A DNA stretch of 64,000 nt from an uncultured Actinomycetota bacterium. GTDB taxonomy: Bacteria > Actinomycetota > Actinomycetes > Propionibacteriales > Nocardioidaceae. Positions 31,572 to 43,544 of this stretch are shown piece after piece. The stretch spans positions 7,315-71,314 of the forward strand of contig CAVZFO010000021.1 in the NCBI GenBank assembly GCA_963774575.1. The letters run 5' to 3'. The notes under the pieces are model-generated. The model searched no databases and was not told where the DNA came from. It saw only the letters and a list, made by a program, of their open reading frames with translations. The translations under genes were made by a program, and so were the position numbers. Each line of letters opens with the position of its first letter. Position 1 is the first letter of the stretch.

Positions 31572-34500
31572 CGTGAGGTCACCGACCCGGCGCCCTGGAT
31601 CGGGCAGATCGAGCGGAAGTCGCAGTCGCGGCAGTGGTCGCCGGCGACGGCGGGGAAGGTCTCCTCGCGGACGAGCGCGGCGGCACGGTCGACCTGCTGG
31701 CGCAGCGCGGTGCGCTCGGGGCCGTCGTCGGGGAACGCAGGCTGCTGCTGCACCAGCGCGGCGTCGCCGTCGGGCAGGCCGAGCTGGACGAGCTCGGCGC
31801 CGCCGGACTCGCCGTGGCCGTCCGGCGCCAGGCCGTCGACGGCGCCGTGGTCGACGGCGTACTGGTAGACCCCGAGCTGGACGTGGCGCTGCACGCCGGG
31901 GCCGCTGGGTGCGTTCTTGGTCGTCTTGAGGTCCACCACCACGATCGCGGCCGTCGGCGTCGAGCTCGAGCCGGTCGGCGTAGCCGAAGAGCGTCACCCG
32001 CTCCCCGCTCTCGAGCTCGACGACGGTCTCGAACCGCTCCTCGGTGCCGATCAGCTTGCGCGGGTTGGCGCCGTGCCACTCGAGGAAGCGGGTCAGCGCG
32101 GTCTCGATGCGCTCGTGCTCGCGCGCGGCCGACCAGGGGGTGCGGAAGTGGAGCCGGCCCCAGACCTCGTCGACGTGCCCCATCAGCAGGTCGAGGTCGG
32201 GCGGGACCTCGCCGACGGCGACGCGCTGGGCCAGGGCGTGCACGAGCTGGCCGATGTTGGCCGACTGGTGGGCCGGGCCGGCCCCGCCGGCCTCGGTCAT
32301 CAGGAACCACTGCGCCGGGCAGGTCATCACGTGCTCGAGCATCGAGGCCGAGACGGGCACGGGCTTCTCGGGGTCGCGGACCGGCTGCACCGACCGCGTC
32401 GCGGCGCGGGTGCCCCACCACGAGGACGGGTCGGCCTGCGGCACGAGCGCGCGGCCGTGGATCTCCTCTCCCGCGAGGCGGGCCAGCCGGCGGGCGGCCG
32501 CGAGGCGCAGGGCGTCGCTGGTGTCGGGGTCGGCGACGGTACGTCGCAGCTCGCTCACCAGGCCCGCGAGCGACAGCGGCCGGGCCGGCCTGCCCACGAC
32601 CTTCTCGATGGTGACGCCGAGCTCGGCGAGGAACCGCGACGGCTGCTCGCCGTCGTCCTCGGCCGAGGCCACGGCCGTGACGACCAGTCGCGAGCGGGCG
32701 CGGGTGCAGGCGACGTAGAAGAGCCGGCGCTCCTCCTGGAGGAGCTCGCGGGCCGTGACCGGGGGCACCAGCTCTCCCTGGCCGCGCCCGTCGGTGCCGA
32801 TCCGGTCGGCCTGGAGCATGGTCGAGCGACGGCGCAGGTCGGGCCAGCCCTCCTGCTGCACGTGGGCGACGACGACGAGGTCCCACTCCAGGCCCTTGGA
32901 GCGGTGGGCGGTCAGGAGGCGGACGGCGGCCCCGCGCACCCCCTGCTCCGCGAGCGTGTCGGCGGGGATCTGCTGGGCGACCAGCCGGGACAGGAAGTCC
33001 CGGACGCCGGCCGCCCCGGAGACGGCGGCCACGTCGCGCTTCTCGGCCTCGCGGGCGGCGACGTCGAAGAGGGCGACGACGGAGTCCAGGTCGCGGTGCG
33101 CCCGTCGCGCGCCTCCCCCGCCGAGCTCGACCGAGCGCCGGAGACGGCCGGGCCAGTCCGTGCCGGACCACAGCCGCCACAGGGCGTCCTCGGCCGTGCC
33201 GCCGTCGGCGAGCCCGTCGGCGGTCGAGCGGATGAGCGTGTGCACGGCGCGCGCGGCCGCCGCCTCCGGGCCCGCGATCGCGTCGAGGTAGCCGTCGCGC
33301 AGCACGGCGAGCCGCACCAGCTCCTTGGAGGTGAGCGGCAGCCGCGACTCGGCGTGGGCGGCGTCCTTCTCGCGGGTGCGCAGCAGCCGGGCCAGCCGAC
33401 GTACGTCGCCGGCGTCGAGGCCGCCGAGCGGCCCGAGCAGCAGCGACTCGGCGCGGGCGTGGTCGACGTAGTCGGCCGACTCCTCGTCGTCGTTGTCGAT
33501 GTTGACCGCGGCCCGCAGCGCGCCGAGCAGGGGCAGCACGGACGGGTCCTGCACGAGCGGCAGCTCGTCCCTGGCCACCTCGACCGGGACGCCGGCGGCG
33601 CCGAGCGCGCGGCGCAGCGGAGGGATGCTGACCCGGCCGGAACGCACGAGCACGGCCATCCGGTCCCACGGGACGCCGTCCTCGAGGTGGGCACGCCGGA
33701 GCAGGTCGGCGAGGTGCTCGGCCTCGGCGCGCTCGGTGTCGAAGGTGAGCACGGTGGCCAGCCCGTCGTCCTGCGCGTTGGGGCCGCGACGGGGCGCAGG
33801 AACGACTCGCGCGCCGCGGCGTCGATGGTGCCCGGCAGCCCGATCCGGCCGGCGACCCGCTGGGTCGCCACCAGCAGCCGCGGCCCGAACCTGCGCGTCG
33901 TCCGCAGCGGCACGACCGGTGCGGGCGCACCGCCGGCCTGCGGGAAGTCGGCGGGGAACTCGAGGATCCCGCGGACCTCGGCGCCGCGGAACCCGTAGAT
34001 CGACTGGTGGGGGTCGCCGACCACGACCAGGTCCCCGCCGTCGCCGGCGAGGGCGCGGAGCAGGGCGACCTGGCCGGGGTCGGTGTCCTGGTACTCGTCG
34101 ACGAACAGGTGCCGGAACTGCCGCCGCAGCTCGTCGCGGTGGGCCTTCGCCTCGATCACCGCGCGGCGGATCAGGTCGGCGTAGTCGGTGGCCGACTGGT
34201 CGTCGAGGTTGTCGAGGTAGCCGCGCAGGAACTGCCCGGCGGCGACGAACACGGGCATCCCCTCCCGCTCGCCGAGCGCGACCAGGTCGTCGGCCTCCAG
34301 GCCCTTCTCCCGGGCCCGGGAGAGCACCATCTGCACCTCGCGGGCGAAGCCGCGGGTCTCGAGGGCCCGGTCGAGCTCCGGCGGCCAGGTGACCGACTCC
34401 GGGGTCGGCCGCAGCAGCTCGCGGACCACGACGTCCTGCTCGGGAGCCGACAGCAGCCGCAGCGGCGCGCGGTAGAGCTCGCGCGGCGCGTAGCGCCGGA

Positions 34501-34825
34501 TCAGCCCGTAGGCGAACGAGTGGATCGTGGAGCAGATCGCCGACCCGGTCGTCCGCCCGAGCCGCGCGGTGACGCGGTCGCGGAGCTGCTCGGCGGCCTT
34601 GCGGGAGAAGGTCAGGGCCAGCACCTGGGACGGGTCGGCTCCGCGTCGCTCGATGCGGTCGACGATCGCCTCGACCAGGGTCGTCGTCTTGCCGGTGCCG
34701 GGACCGGCGAGCACGAGCAGCGGCCCGCCCTCGTGGTCGACGACGCGCTGCTGGTCGGCGTCGAGCACGGGGGCCGGCGCCGGGGCGTGCTCGCGCACCA
34801 GGCGGTAGGTGGTCCCCGAGGTCAT
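31568..34825 (-). CDS. adnA: AdnA helicase-nuclease (frameshifted)
   Basis: LAGPGTGKTT, VDEYQDTD, TAHRSKGLEW, EERRLFYVACTRAR, ADRLE..VDLKT..QLGVYQ, C-terminal C..C.....C. Confidence 0.9.
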
Positions 34826-34831
34826 GCCATC

Positions 34832-34853
34832 ACCCTGCCATCGACGGCCGACA
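34832..34853 (-). promoter_or_regulatory. PafBC-type promoter for adnAB (leaderless)
   Basis: TGTCGG-N10-CAGGGT-N6-ATG. Confidence 0.65.
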
Positions 34854-34867
34854 GTAGGTTGCTGGAC

Positions 34868-36043
34868 ATGAGCGAGCAGGACGCCCCGCTGGCCGACCTC
34901 GTCGTCCTCGACCTGACCCGCGCCCTGGCCGGACCGCAGGCCGCGATGATGCTCGGCGACCTCGGCGCGCGCGTGATCAAGGTCGAGTCGGTCGCCGGCG
35001 ACGACACCCGGGCCTGGGGGCCGCCGTGGGCGGGCGACCCCGGACCGGAGGACCCGCACGACTCGACGTACTTCATGAGCGCCAACCGCAACAAGGAGTC
35101 GATCGTCCTCGACCTCAAGGCCGCCGACGACGTCCGGGTGCTGGAGCGGCTGGTGGCCAAGTGCGACGTGCTGCTGGAGAACTTCCGCACCGGCGTGCTG
35201 GACCGCCTCGGCTTCCCCGTCGCGCGGCTGCACGAGCTCAACCCCGGGCTGGTCATCGGCTCGATCAGCGGGTTCGGCCACGACGGTCCGGAGGCCGGCC
35301 GCGCGGGGTACGACCAGATCGCCCAGGGCGAGGGCGGGCTGATGAGCGTGACCGGCGTGGCCGAGCCGACCAAGGTGGGCGTGCCGATCGCGGACCTGCT
35401 GGCCGGGATGAACCTCGCGTACGGCGTGCTGGCCGCGCTGCACGAACGGATGCGCACCGGTCGGGGCCGGGTGGTGCGCACCTCGTTGCTGGCCGGGGTC
35501 GTGGGCGTGCACGCGTTCCAGGGCACCCGCTGGACCGTCGCCGGCGAGGTGCCGGGGCTGAGCGGCTCGCACCACCCGGCCATCGCGCCGTACGGCCTGT
35601 TCGCGACCGCCACCTCGCTCGTGCAGGTGGCGGTGGGGTCGGAGAACCTGTGGCAGAAGTTCGCGCCGGCGGTGGGGCTCGACCCCGACGACGAGCGGTT
35701 CGCGACCAACCGCTCCCGGGTCGCCCACCGCGACGACCTGGTCGCCGCCATCGAGGCGAGCTTCGCGGCCGAGCCCGCCGAGCACTGGCTCGACCTGCTG
35801 CTCGGCGTGGGCGTCCCGGCCGGCAAGGTGCGCGCCCTCGACGACGTCTACGCCTGGGAGCAGACCCGCTCGCAGGGACTGCTGCTCGAGGTGGACCACC
35901 CGGCGTACGGGCCGCTCACCCTCCCCGGCTCCCCGATCCGTTTCGAGGACAACCCCTGGTCGGGGGGCCGCGCCACCCACCTGCCACCGCCGCTCCTCGA
36001 CGAGCACGGCGCCGCGATCCGGGCCTGGGCCGCGGAGGACTAG
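34868..36043 (+). CDS. Family III CoA transferase (CaiB/BaiF)
   Basis: VLDLTRALAGP...LGDLGARVIKVE, NRNKES, ENFRTG, SISGFGHDGP..GYD. Confidence 0.93.
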   Translation: MSEQDAPLADLVVLDLTRALAGPQAAMMLGDLGARVIKVESVAGDDTRAWGPPWAGDPGPEDPHDSTYFMSANRNKESIVLDLKAADDVRVLERLVAKCDVLLENFRTGVLDRLGFPVARLHELNPGLVIGSISGFGHDGPEAGRAGYDQIAQGEGGLMSVTGVAEPTKVGVPIADLLAGMNLAYGVLAALHERMRTGRGRVVRTSLLAGVVGVHAFQGTRWTVAGEVPGLSGSHHPAIAPYGLFATATSLVQVAVGSENLWQKFAPAVGLDPDDERFATNRSRVAHRDDLVAAIEASFAAEPAEHWLDLLLGVGVPAGKVRALDDVYAWEQTRSQGLLLEVDHPAYGPLTLPGSPIRFEDNPWSGGRATHLPPPLLDEHGAAIRAWAAED

Positions 36044-36049
36044 GCGGGA

Positions 36050-37420
36050 CTACGCGCGGCGGCCGACCCAGGCGACCAGCGCCGCACCGGCGAGGGTGAG
36101 ACCGGCGGCCACGGCGGTGGCGACGTTCCACCCCCCGGTCAGGTCGGGGCCGGAGTGGGTCATCAGCACCGAGAACAGGGTGATGCCGCAGGCCGCGCCC
36201 AGGTAGCGCGCGGTGTTGCTGGCACCGCTGCCCATGGCCGCGCGGTCGGGAGGTACGGACGCGACGGACTCCCGGCCCAGGACGGCGTTGAGCACCCCCG
36301 TGGCCAGCCCGGTCACCAGGAAGGCCGGCGCCAGCCGCCACGGCGACGAGTCGGCCGTGACGCCGAGGGCCAGCAGCTCGCCCGCACCCACCACGGCCAG
36401 GGCGATCGCGATCAGCCGCGGCCCGGGCACCGTGACACGGAGGTGCCGGGCGGCCAGGGAGGCGACCACGCTCGCCACGGACCACACGAGCAGCGGCAGG
36501 GTGGCCTGGCCGACCGTGCTGCCGAGACCCTGCTGCACCAGTCCGGCGGCGTTCGAGGCCATCGCGATGATGCCGAGGCCGACCACCGTGGAGCCGATGG
36601 TGGCGGCGAGGAACCGCGGTGAGTGGAGCAGCTCGGGCTCGACCAGCGGCTGCGCCACCCGACGCTCGACGAGCGCGAAGGCGAGGCCGAGGGCGACGGT
36701 CGCCACGGTGAGCGTCGCCATCAGGGGCGTGACGCCGCTGCGGGCCTCGGTCACCGCGGCGACCAGGGCGGCCAGCCCCAGCGAGAGCAGAGCCACGCCC
36801 GGGATGTCGATGCCCCGAGGTACGAGCGCCGCCGACTCCGGCAGGCCCCGACGGCTCAGCGGCGCGAGCGCGAGCGCCAGGAGCGCCGTGACGACGTACG
36901 ACGCCCGCCAGTGGCCGCTGCCGAACAGCCCGGCCAGCACCACGCCGGCCGTGATGCCCAGGCCGAGGCTCGCGCCCCACACCCCCGTCGCGCGGATGCG
37001 GTGCTGCCCCTCGGTGGAGGCCGCCAGCACCGCGAGCCCGCAGGCCAGGACGGCGGCCCCGCCGACGCCCTGGAGCACGCGGGCCGCGACGAACAGGCCG
37101 GTGTCGGTCGCCGCCACGCAGGCCACGGCCCCCAGGCCCAGCACGACCAGGCCGGCCACGAAGGTACGTCGCCGGCCGACGCGGTCGCCCAGGGCGCCGG
37201 TGGCGAGCAGGGTCGCGGCCAGGCCGATGCTCATCGCGCTCATCACCCAGGCCCGTGCCGCCGGCCCGCCGTGGAGGTCCCCGAGGGTGTCGGCGATCGT
37301 CGCCATCGGCGTGACGTAGGTGGCCAGGACCAGCCCGGTGCCGAGGGCCACGAGGGCGAGGGCGCCGGGCGTCAGCGCGGTGGGCGTCGCCGGGGCACTA
37401 AGTTTGACTTCCGAACTCAC
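36050..37420 (-). CDS. MFS transporter (DHA2-like)
   Basis: GALGDRVGRRR motif A, ARVLQGVGGAA, many TM helices. Confidence 0.9.
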   Translation of the reverse strand: MSSEVKLSAPATPTALTPGALALVALGTGLVLATYVTPMATIADTLGDLHGGPAARAWVMSAMSIGLAATLLATGALGDRVGRRRTFVAGLVVLGLGAVACVAATDTGLFVAARVLQGVGGAAVLACGLAVLAASTEGQHRIRATGVWGASLGLGITAGVVLAGLFGSGHWRASYVVTALLALALAPLSRRGLPESAALVPRGIDIPGVALLSLGLAALVAAVTEARSGVTPLMATLTVATVALGLAFALVERRVAQPLVEPELLHSPRFLAATIGSTVVGLGIIAMASNAAGLVQQGLGSTVGQATLPLLVWSVASVVASLAARHLRVTVPGPRLIAIALAVVGAGELLALGVTADSSPWRLAPAFLVTGLATGVLNAVLGRESVASVPPDRAAMGSGASNTARYLGAACGITLFSVLMTHSGPDLTGGWNVATAVAAGLTLAGAALVAWVGRRA

Positions 37421-37439
37421 TCGCGGCGAGACTAGACCC

Positions 37440-37835
37440 GTGACACCGGTGACGCAAACGACCGATCCCCTGGTGGTCCTCGGAGACCTGCCGGGGCGGC
37501 CCTGCGCGATCGCGGCCTCGCTGGAGGTCGTCGGCGAGCGCTGGGCGCTCCTGGTGGTGCGTGAGGTGGGACTGGGCGCCCGGCGGTTCAACGAGATCGT
37601 CGCCGGCACCGGCGCCCCCCGCGACCGGATCGCGTCGCGGTTGACGACGCTGGTGGAGGCGGGGGTGCTGGAGAAGCGGCAGTACCAGAGCGGGCCGCCG
37701 CGGTTCGAGTACCACCTCACCGAGTCGGGCCTCGCCCTGCTCCCCGTGCTCGAGGCCCTGCTGGCCTGGGGACGCGAGTACGCCGTGTCCCCCACCGACC
37801 CCGACCTGAAGCGACGCCGCTGGGCGCCCCGCTGA
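37440..37835 (+). CDS. HxlR-family winged-helix regulator
   Basis: CAIAASLEVVGERWALLVVRE...RRFNEI...EYHLTESG; imperfect IR TAAGTTTGACTTCCGAACTCA at 37399-37419. Confidence 0.9.
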   Translation: MTPVTQTTDPLVVLGDLPGRPCAIAASLEVVGERWALLVVREVGLGARRFNEIVAGTGAPRDRIASRLTTLVEAGVLEKRQYQSGPPRFEYHLTESGLALLPVLEALLAWGREYAVSPTDPDLKRRRWAPR

Positions 37836-37848
37836 CCGAGGAGACGCC

Positions 37849-38349
37849 ATGACCGACCAGCTCGCCGTCCGCGAGAAGACCGTCACGTGGGACGACCCGA
37901 TGGCCACGGCGATGGCCGGCCGCGGCAAGGTCGGCCTGGACTTCCTGCGCTCGATGATCGCCGGCGAGGTCCCCGGCCCGCCGATCGCCAGCCTGCTCGG
38001 CATGGCGCTGGTGGACGTCGACCACGGCCGGGCCGTGTTCACGCTGACGCCCGACGAGTCGATGTACAACCCGATCGGGGTCGTGCACGGCGGCATCGTG
38101 TGCACCCTGCTCGACTCGGCCCTCGGCTGCGCCCTGCACACCACGCTGCCGGCGGGCAAGGGCTACACGTCGGTCGAGATCAAGGTCAGCTATCTCAAGG
38201 CGGTGCGTCCGTCGAGCGGGCTGCTGACCGCGACCGGCCGCGTCGTACGGGTCGGTTCCCGCGTCGGCTTCACCGAGGGCGAGGTCACCGACGCCTCCGG
38301 CGCCGTCGTCGCCACCGCCTCCAGCACCCTGCTGCTCTTCGACGTCTGA
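37849..38349 (+). CDS. PaaI family thioesterase
   Basis: [20 protein letters not shown]. Confidence 0.92.
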   Translation: MTDQLAVREKTVTWDDPMATAMAGRGKVGLDFLRSMIAGEVPGPPIASLLGMALVDVDHGRAVFTLTPDESMYNPIGVVHGGIVCTLLDSALGCALHTTLPAGKGYTSVEIKVSYLKAVRPSSGLLTATGRVVRVGSRVGFTEGEVTDASGAVVATASSTLLLFDV

Positions 38350-38363
38350 GGGCTGCGGCGCCT

Positions 38364-38441
38364 GGATACCCGCTCGGCCGGGTATCCCGGCACGTTCGGC
38401 GTCGTTGCAACGACGCCGAACCGACAGGAACGACGCCGAAG
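38364..38441 (+). repeat. Palindromic intergenic repeat, family X copy 2
   Basis: GGATACCCGCTCGGCCGGGTATCC...TTCGGCGTCGTTGCAACGACGCCGAA...CAGGAACGACGCCGAAG. Confidence 0.8.
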
Positions 38442-38442
38442 C

Positions 38443-39550
38443 TCAGCCCAGGTCGACGATCGCGGCGACCGGGCCGCCGCCGTCGGGGCCCTGGTGGGCG
38501 GCGGAGACCGACACGAAGACGGCCGGGTCGCCGGTGACCGCAGCAGTCACGCCGCCGACGCAGGCCTTGATCTGGCGGTGCCAGTGCACGTCGGAGTCGT
38601 CGAGCATGGCGTTGCGGCGACCCCGTACCTCGCCGTCCTGCGACGCCTCGCACTTGAGGAACACGTTGACCAGCCGGCCGTCGAGGTCGCGAGGTACGCG
38701 GCCGCTCGGGCAGGTCGAGGCCGGCGGAGCGGATCGCGTCCCAGATGCCGTCCTGGTCGAGCGCGTCGTTCATCACCGAGTGCCCGATCCGGTACCGGCC
38801 GCCGACACCCGTCGCGTTGCCGACCACGACGACCTGCGCCTGGTCGAGCTCGACGCCCGACGAGCACGAGGCGACGGCGGAGAAGAGCGACCGGTCGTGC
38901 ATGACGTCGGCGTCGGTCGGCATCTCGATCTCGCCGAGGGCGACGGCGATGCCGAGCGCCGTACAGCCGTTGGAGAGGTCCATCGACTGGTGGGTCTCCT
39001 CGGTCCACACCGTCTTGCCGCGGGACTTGGCGTCGCGGATGGTGTGGATCGTCAGCAGCGGGGTCTTGGTCTGCACGTAGTGGACGTCGGCGGGGTCGGT
39101 GATGCCGGCCCGCTCCATCGCCACCCGGACGGCGGCCGCGACCTTGTCGATCATCGGCGTGCGACCGATGTCCTCGGGCAGCAGCTGCTCGCTCATCGCG
39201 AACCCGACGGTCAGCCGCGGCTCGTCGCTCGGCTCGGCGTCGGTGGTCGCGAAGATCGTGGCGTGCGGGCTGATCACGCCGTCGGTGCCGCCGGACCAGA
39301 CGATCGGCACCTCCTTGACCTGCTCGGCCGGAGCGCCGGCCGCGACCAGCGCCTCGCGGAACGCCCGGTCGGCGATGATCCGCGTGTAGTCGTTGACCCC
39401 GCCGTTGCCCTCGGTCTTGCCGATGATGGCGACGACGCGCGACGCGTCCATCACGCCGTCCTCGATGAGCTTGGTCAGCTCCGAGGCGTCGGCGACGGAG
39501 TGGATGGGTACCTTGCGGACCTCGATGGCGTCGGGCCGATCAGTGGACAT
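38443..39550 (-). CDS. bar: Barbiturase (AtzD/barbiturase ring-opening amidohydrolase), one frameshift
   Basis: [70 protein letters not shown] match the barbiturase-type rather than AtzD-type motifs. Confidence 0.9.
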
Positions 39551-39574
39551 GGCGGTTCCTCTCACTAGGGAAGA

Positions 39575-40516
39575 TCAGTCGGGGAGTACGACGGTGCCGG
39601 CGCGTCCCTCGACGGCGTCGACGATGCTGTCCAGGTCGGTGATGACGGCGGGCCGTCCGGTGGCGCGCACGAACCGGCAGGCGGCGTCGCACCTTCGGGC
39701 CCATGGAGCCGGACGCGAAGTGGCCCTCGGCGGCGTACGCCTCCATCTGCGAGACCTGCACCCGGCCGATGTCCTCGGCCTCGGGGGTGCCGTAGCGGAG
39801 CACGGCGTGCGGCACGTCGGTGGCGATCACCAGCACGTCGGCGCCCAGGGCCTCGCCGAGCAGGGCCGCGCCGAGGTCCTTGTCGATGACGGCCTCGACC
39901 CCGCGCAGGATGCCGTCGGCCTCGCGGACCACGGGGATCCCGCCGCCGCCGTTGGCCACGACGACGAACCCCGCGTCGACCAGCGTCCGCACGGCCGGGC
40001 GCGTCGAGGATCTCGACGCGGCTCGGGCGAGGCGACCACGCGGCGCCAGCCCTTCTCGCCGCGGTCCTCCCAGGTCTCGCCGTGCTCCACCAGCAGCGCC
40101 GCCTCCTCGGCCGGCAGGAACCGGCCGATCGGCTTGGTCGGCCTGGTGAACCCCGGGTCGTCGATGTCGACCAGGGTCCGGGTGACCAGCGCCGCGCGTC
40201 GGCTTGGTCGACGCCGCGGCGCGGCGAGCTCGGCGTCCAGCGCGTCCATCAGGACGAAGCCGAGCGTGGCCTGGGTCTGCGCCCCGCACCAGTCCAGGGG
40301 GACGGGAGGTACGACGGCCGCGGCGAGCTCGTTCTTCACGAGCAGGTTGCCGACCTGGGGGCCGTTGCCGTGGGTGATCACGACCTCGACCCCGGTCTCG
40401 AGCAGCGCGCCGACCGCCGCCATCGCGGCCTCGGCAGCGGCGATCTGGTCCTCGACGCGGGCCCGGCCGTCGGCGTTGGTCATGGCGTTGCCACCCAGGG
40501 CCAGCAGGACCTTCAT
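39575..40516 (-). CDS. arcC: Carbamate kinase (frameshifted)
   Basis: LALGGNA, THGNGPQVG, PTKPIG, GWRRVVASPEP, GGGGIPV, GVEAVIDKD, GSMGPKV. Confidence 0.92.
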
Positions 40517-40620
40517 GGCGTCGAACCTAGTGGCGCCGCGGTGACCTCCCCCACGGCATCTTCCGCCAACAAGCTCGTCCCGGCAGCTGGCAACCGTTGC
40601 CAGGGCGGCCGGAACCCCGG

Positions 40621-41894
40621 TCAGACGGCGGGTACGGGCCGTCTCCGGAGCCGGGTCCACACGACGCCGAGCGCGCCGATGGCCGCGGGGAGCAGCACCC
40701 CCACCCGGTGAGCAGCGACCAGCCCGGCCGAGGCGGACACGGAGACTACGGCAGCCACCCGGCCCCACCCGGGCAGCAGGCGGACCGCGGCGGCGGTGCC
40801 CACCAGGTAGACGAGGGAGAAGGTGCCCGTCGTGAAGCAGCAGGGTGGCGTCGGTGTCGCGTCCCAGGAGCGCCATCACCCCGGTCGTGAGCGAGCGCCA
40901 GCACGGCCACCAGGCCGAGCGCCCGCCGAGGCACGCCGCCCGGCACCGTGCCGGACCGCCAGGAAGCCCGGCAGCGAACCGTCGCGCGCCAGGGACGCTC
41001 CCAGCTCGGCCGCGCCGGCGAAGTAGGTGTTGATGGTGGCGAAGGTCAGCAGCACGGCGACCACCGCCATCGCCGGCCGCGCCGCCTCACCCAGCGCCGT
41101 CACCAGGAGGTCGGAGAGCGGGCGCCGGCCGGGGTCGGGGCCGAGCACGGCGACGGTGCAGAAGGCGATGCCGACGTAGAGGACGGTCACCACGCCCAGC
41201 GCCGCCGCCGCCGCGCGGGCGATGTCGCGGCCGGGCGTGTGGTAGCGCGCCGAGAGCGACGCCATGATCTCCCACCCCACGAACGCCCACAGCAGGATGC
41301 CGCCGCGTCCGCCGACGCCGCCGAGCGCCGTGGGGGGCGAACGGCGTCAGGTTGTCGGACCGGGCGTGCGGCAGCGCCAGCACGATGACCAGCGACCAGC
41401 AGCGACGGCCAGCACCGCCGGCGACCACGAGCTGGGTGCGGGCCGACGACCTCGATGCCGAACCAGTTGACCGCCGTGACCGCCACCAGGATCAGCGCCG
41501 GTGACCAGCAGGGCGGTCCCCCGGCCGCGACCCAGCGCGTCGGCGACGTAGTGGGCGGCGAAGCCCGCCGCCATCGGGGCGCCGACCGGGATCGTCAGGT
41601 AGAACGCCCAGCCGACCGCGGTCGAGGCGCGGTCGCCGAAGGCGCGGCGTACGTACGTCGTCACGCCGCCGCCGTCGGGGTGGCGCGCGCCCAGCGCGGT
41701 GAAGGAGGCCGCGAAGGCGACCGAGACGAGCAGCAGGGCGCCCACGCGACCAGGCTGGCCGGACCGGCCGCCTCGGCCGCCAGCGCCGGCAGCGAGATCA
41801 CGCCCGTGCCGATCAGCGCACCCAGGGTCAGCGCCGTGCCCTGCAGCGCGCCGATGCCGGCACCTCGCCCGGACGCACCGGATCCCGCCGACAC
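40621..41894 (-). CDS. APC-family amino acid permease/exporter (YjeH-like), frameshifted
   Basis: LIGTGVISLPALAA..AGPAS, PDGGGVTTYVRRAFG, WAFVGWE, INTYFAG. Confidence 0.8.
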
Positions 41895-41959
41895 GGCGGG
41901 ATCCCGCCCGATGCTCACGCGACGAGGAACTGTAACGCGAGACCTCGGACAGCTGCGCG

Positions 41960-43433
41960 TCAGGCCGCGTCGGCCAGCACGACCTCCTCGACGGCGTCGG
42001 ACTCCGGTACGGCGACGGGGCGCCGCTGCAGGGCCAGCACGGTGAGGGCGACCGCGACGGCGATCGCGGAGAAGACCGCCGAGGTCAGGAAGGCCTCGTG
42101 CGCTCCCGGGAGGAACTCGCCGGGCACCGCGCCCGCGGCGTACACCGAGACGATGACGGCGACGCCGACCGCGCTGCCGAGCTGCTGGGTGGTCTGCAGC
42201 ATCCCGGAGGCCGCACCGGCGTGCTCCGGCTCGACGCCGGCCAGCACGGTCGCGGTGATCGGCATGAAGCAGAGGGCCCCGCCGAGACCACCGAGCAGCA
42301 TCGGCAGGAAGACCGCACCGAGGTACGTGCCGTCGGCGCCCGCGTTGCTCAGCATGACGTAGCCGAACGTCAGCGCGGTGGCACCCGTGACCACGAGCTG
42401 CAGCGGGCCGAACCGGGCGATCAGCCGCGGGGTGAACCGCGACATGGTGAAGATGCCCAGGCTGAACGGCAGGAACGCGAAGCCCGAGGCGAGCGGGCCG
42501 AAGCCGAGCACGCGCTGGACGTACTGCACGACGAGGAAGAACATCGACAGCTGGGCGCCGACGACCAGCGCCATCATCGCCAGCGCGGCGACCCGGGTGC
42601 GGTTGCTTGAGCAGGCTGGGCTGGATCATCGGGTGCGCGACCCGGCGCTCGGTGACGCGGCAGGGTCAGCAGGGCCAGCAGCCGACGACGAAGCCGAGGA
42701 GCGTGCGCGGCGGAGGTCCAGCCGTGGTCGGGCGTGCCGATCAGGGCCCAGACGATCGAGACGGCGCCGAGGGTCGCGGTGACCGCGCCGACGACGTCGA
42801 AGCGGCCGGGACGGCGCGGGGTCTCGGTGACGAACATCGGCGCGAGGACCAGCACCGCGATGCCGATCGGCACGTTGATGAACAGCGTCCAGCGCCAGGA
42901 GCCGACGTCGGTCAGCAGCCCGCCGAGCAGCAGCCCGATGGAGGCGCCTCCCGAGGAGACGGCGCCGAAGAGCGCGAGCGCGCGGTTGCGCTCCGCCGTC
43001 GTCGCGGGCGCAGGTGGTGAGCAGGGCGAGCACGCTCGGTGCGGCCATGCGCGGCGCCGACGCCCTGGAGCGGCGCGGGCACCGACCAGCAGCTCGGGGG
43101 TCGGGAGCGAGGCCGCCGAGGAGGGAGGCGAAGCACGAACAGGGCGAGCCCGGCCTCGAAGATGCGCAGGCGACCGCGTACGTCGCCGAGCCGGCCGCCG
43201 AGCAGCAGCAGGCCGCCGAAGGCGAGGGTGTAGCCGTTGAGCACCCAGCTCAGCGACGCGGGGCCGAAGTGCAGGTCGGCGTCGATGCGCGGGAGGGCGA
43301 CGTTCACGACGGTGGCGTCGAGCACCAGCATCAGCTGGGCGACGAGCACGATGAAGACGCCGATGCCGGGCGCGGTCGCGTCGTCTGGAACCGACGGGCG
43401 GGGGTGGACGTTGGAACGAGCAGGGAGAGTCAC
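41960..43433 (-). CDS. MFS drug efflux transporter (EmrB/QacA-like), frameshifted
   Basis: LDATVVNVALP, WVLNGYTLAFGGLLLLGGRLGD, INVPIG, AGAASG..TTQQLGSAVG. Confidence 0.9.
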
Positions 43434-43477
43434 GGAGAGTCCGTTCTGGCCCGTAGCGACGGGCCGTCGTACACTTA

Positions 43478-43527
43478 GTGGAGAATGACTCCGGTTACCG
43501 GATCAACCATACGGAGACTGTCTCCGT
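43478..43527. promoter_or_regulatory. TetR-type operators
   Basis: Palindrome ACGGAGAC-T-GTCTCCGT (43511-43527) and degenerate GGAGAATGACTCC (~43480). Confidence 0.7.
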
Positions 43528-43544
43528 TTAGCAAGGGGTGAATC

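Noticed and set aside
28670-36007. Long antisense or alternative-frame ORFs (e.g. 28670-30508, 31917-33998)
   Set aside because: Shadow ORFs expected in high-GC DNA opposite real genes; no motifs.
38443-39550. Cyanuric acid hydrolase AtzD
   Set aside because: Motifs ([20 protein letters not shown]) are barbiturase-type, not GNGCVNDFTR / VSGGxEHQGP.
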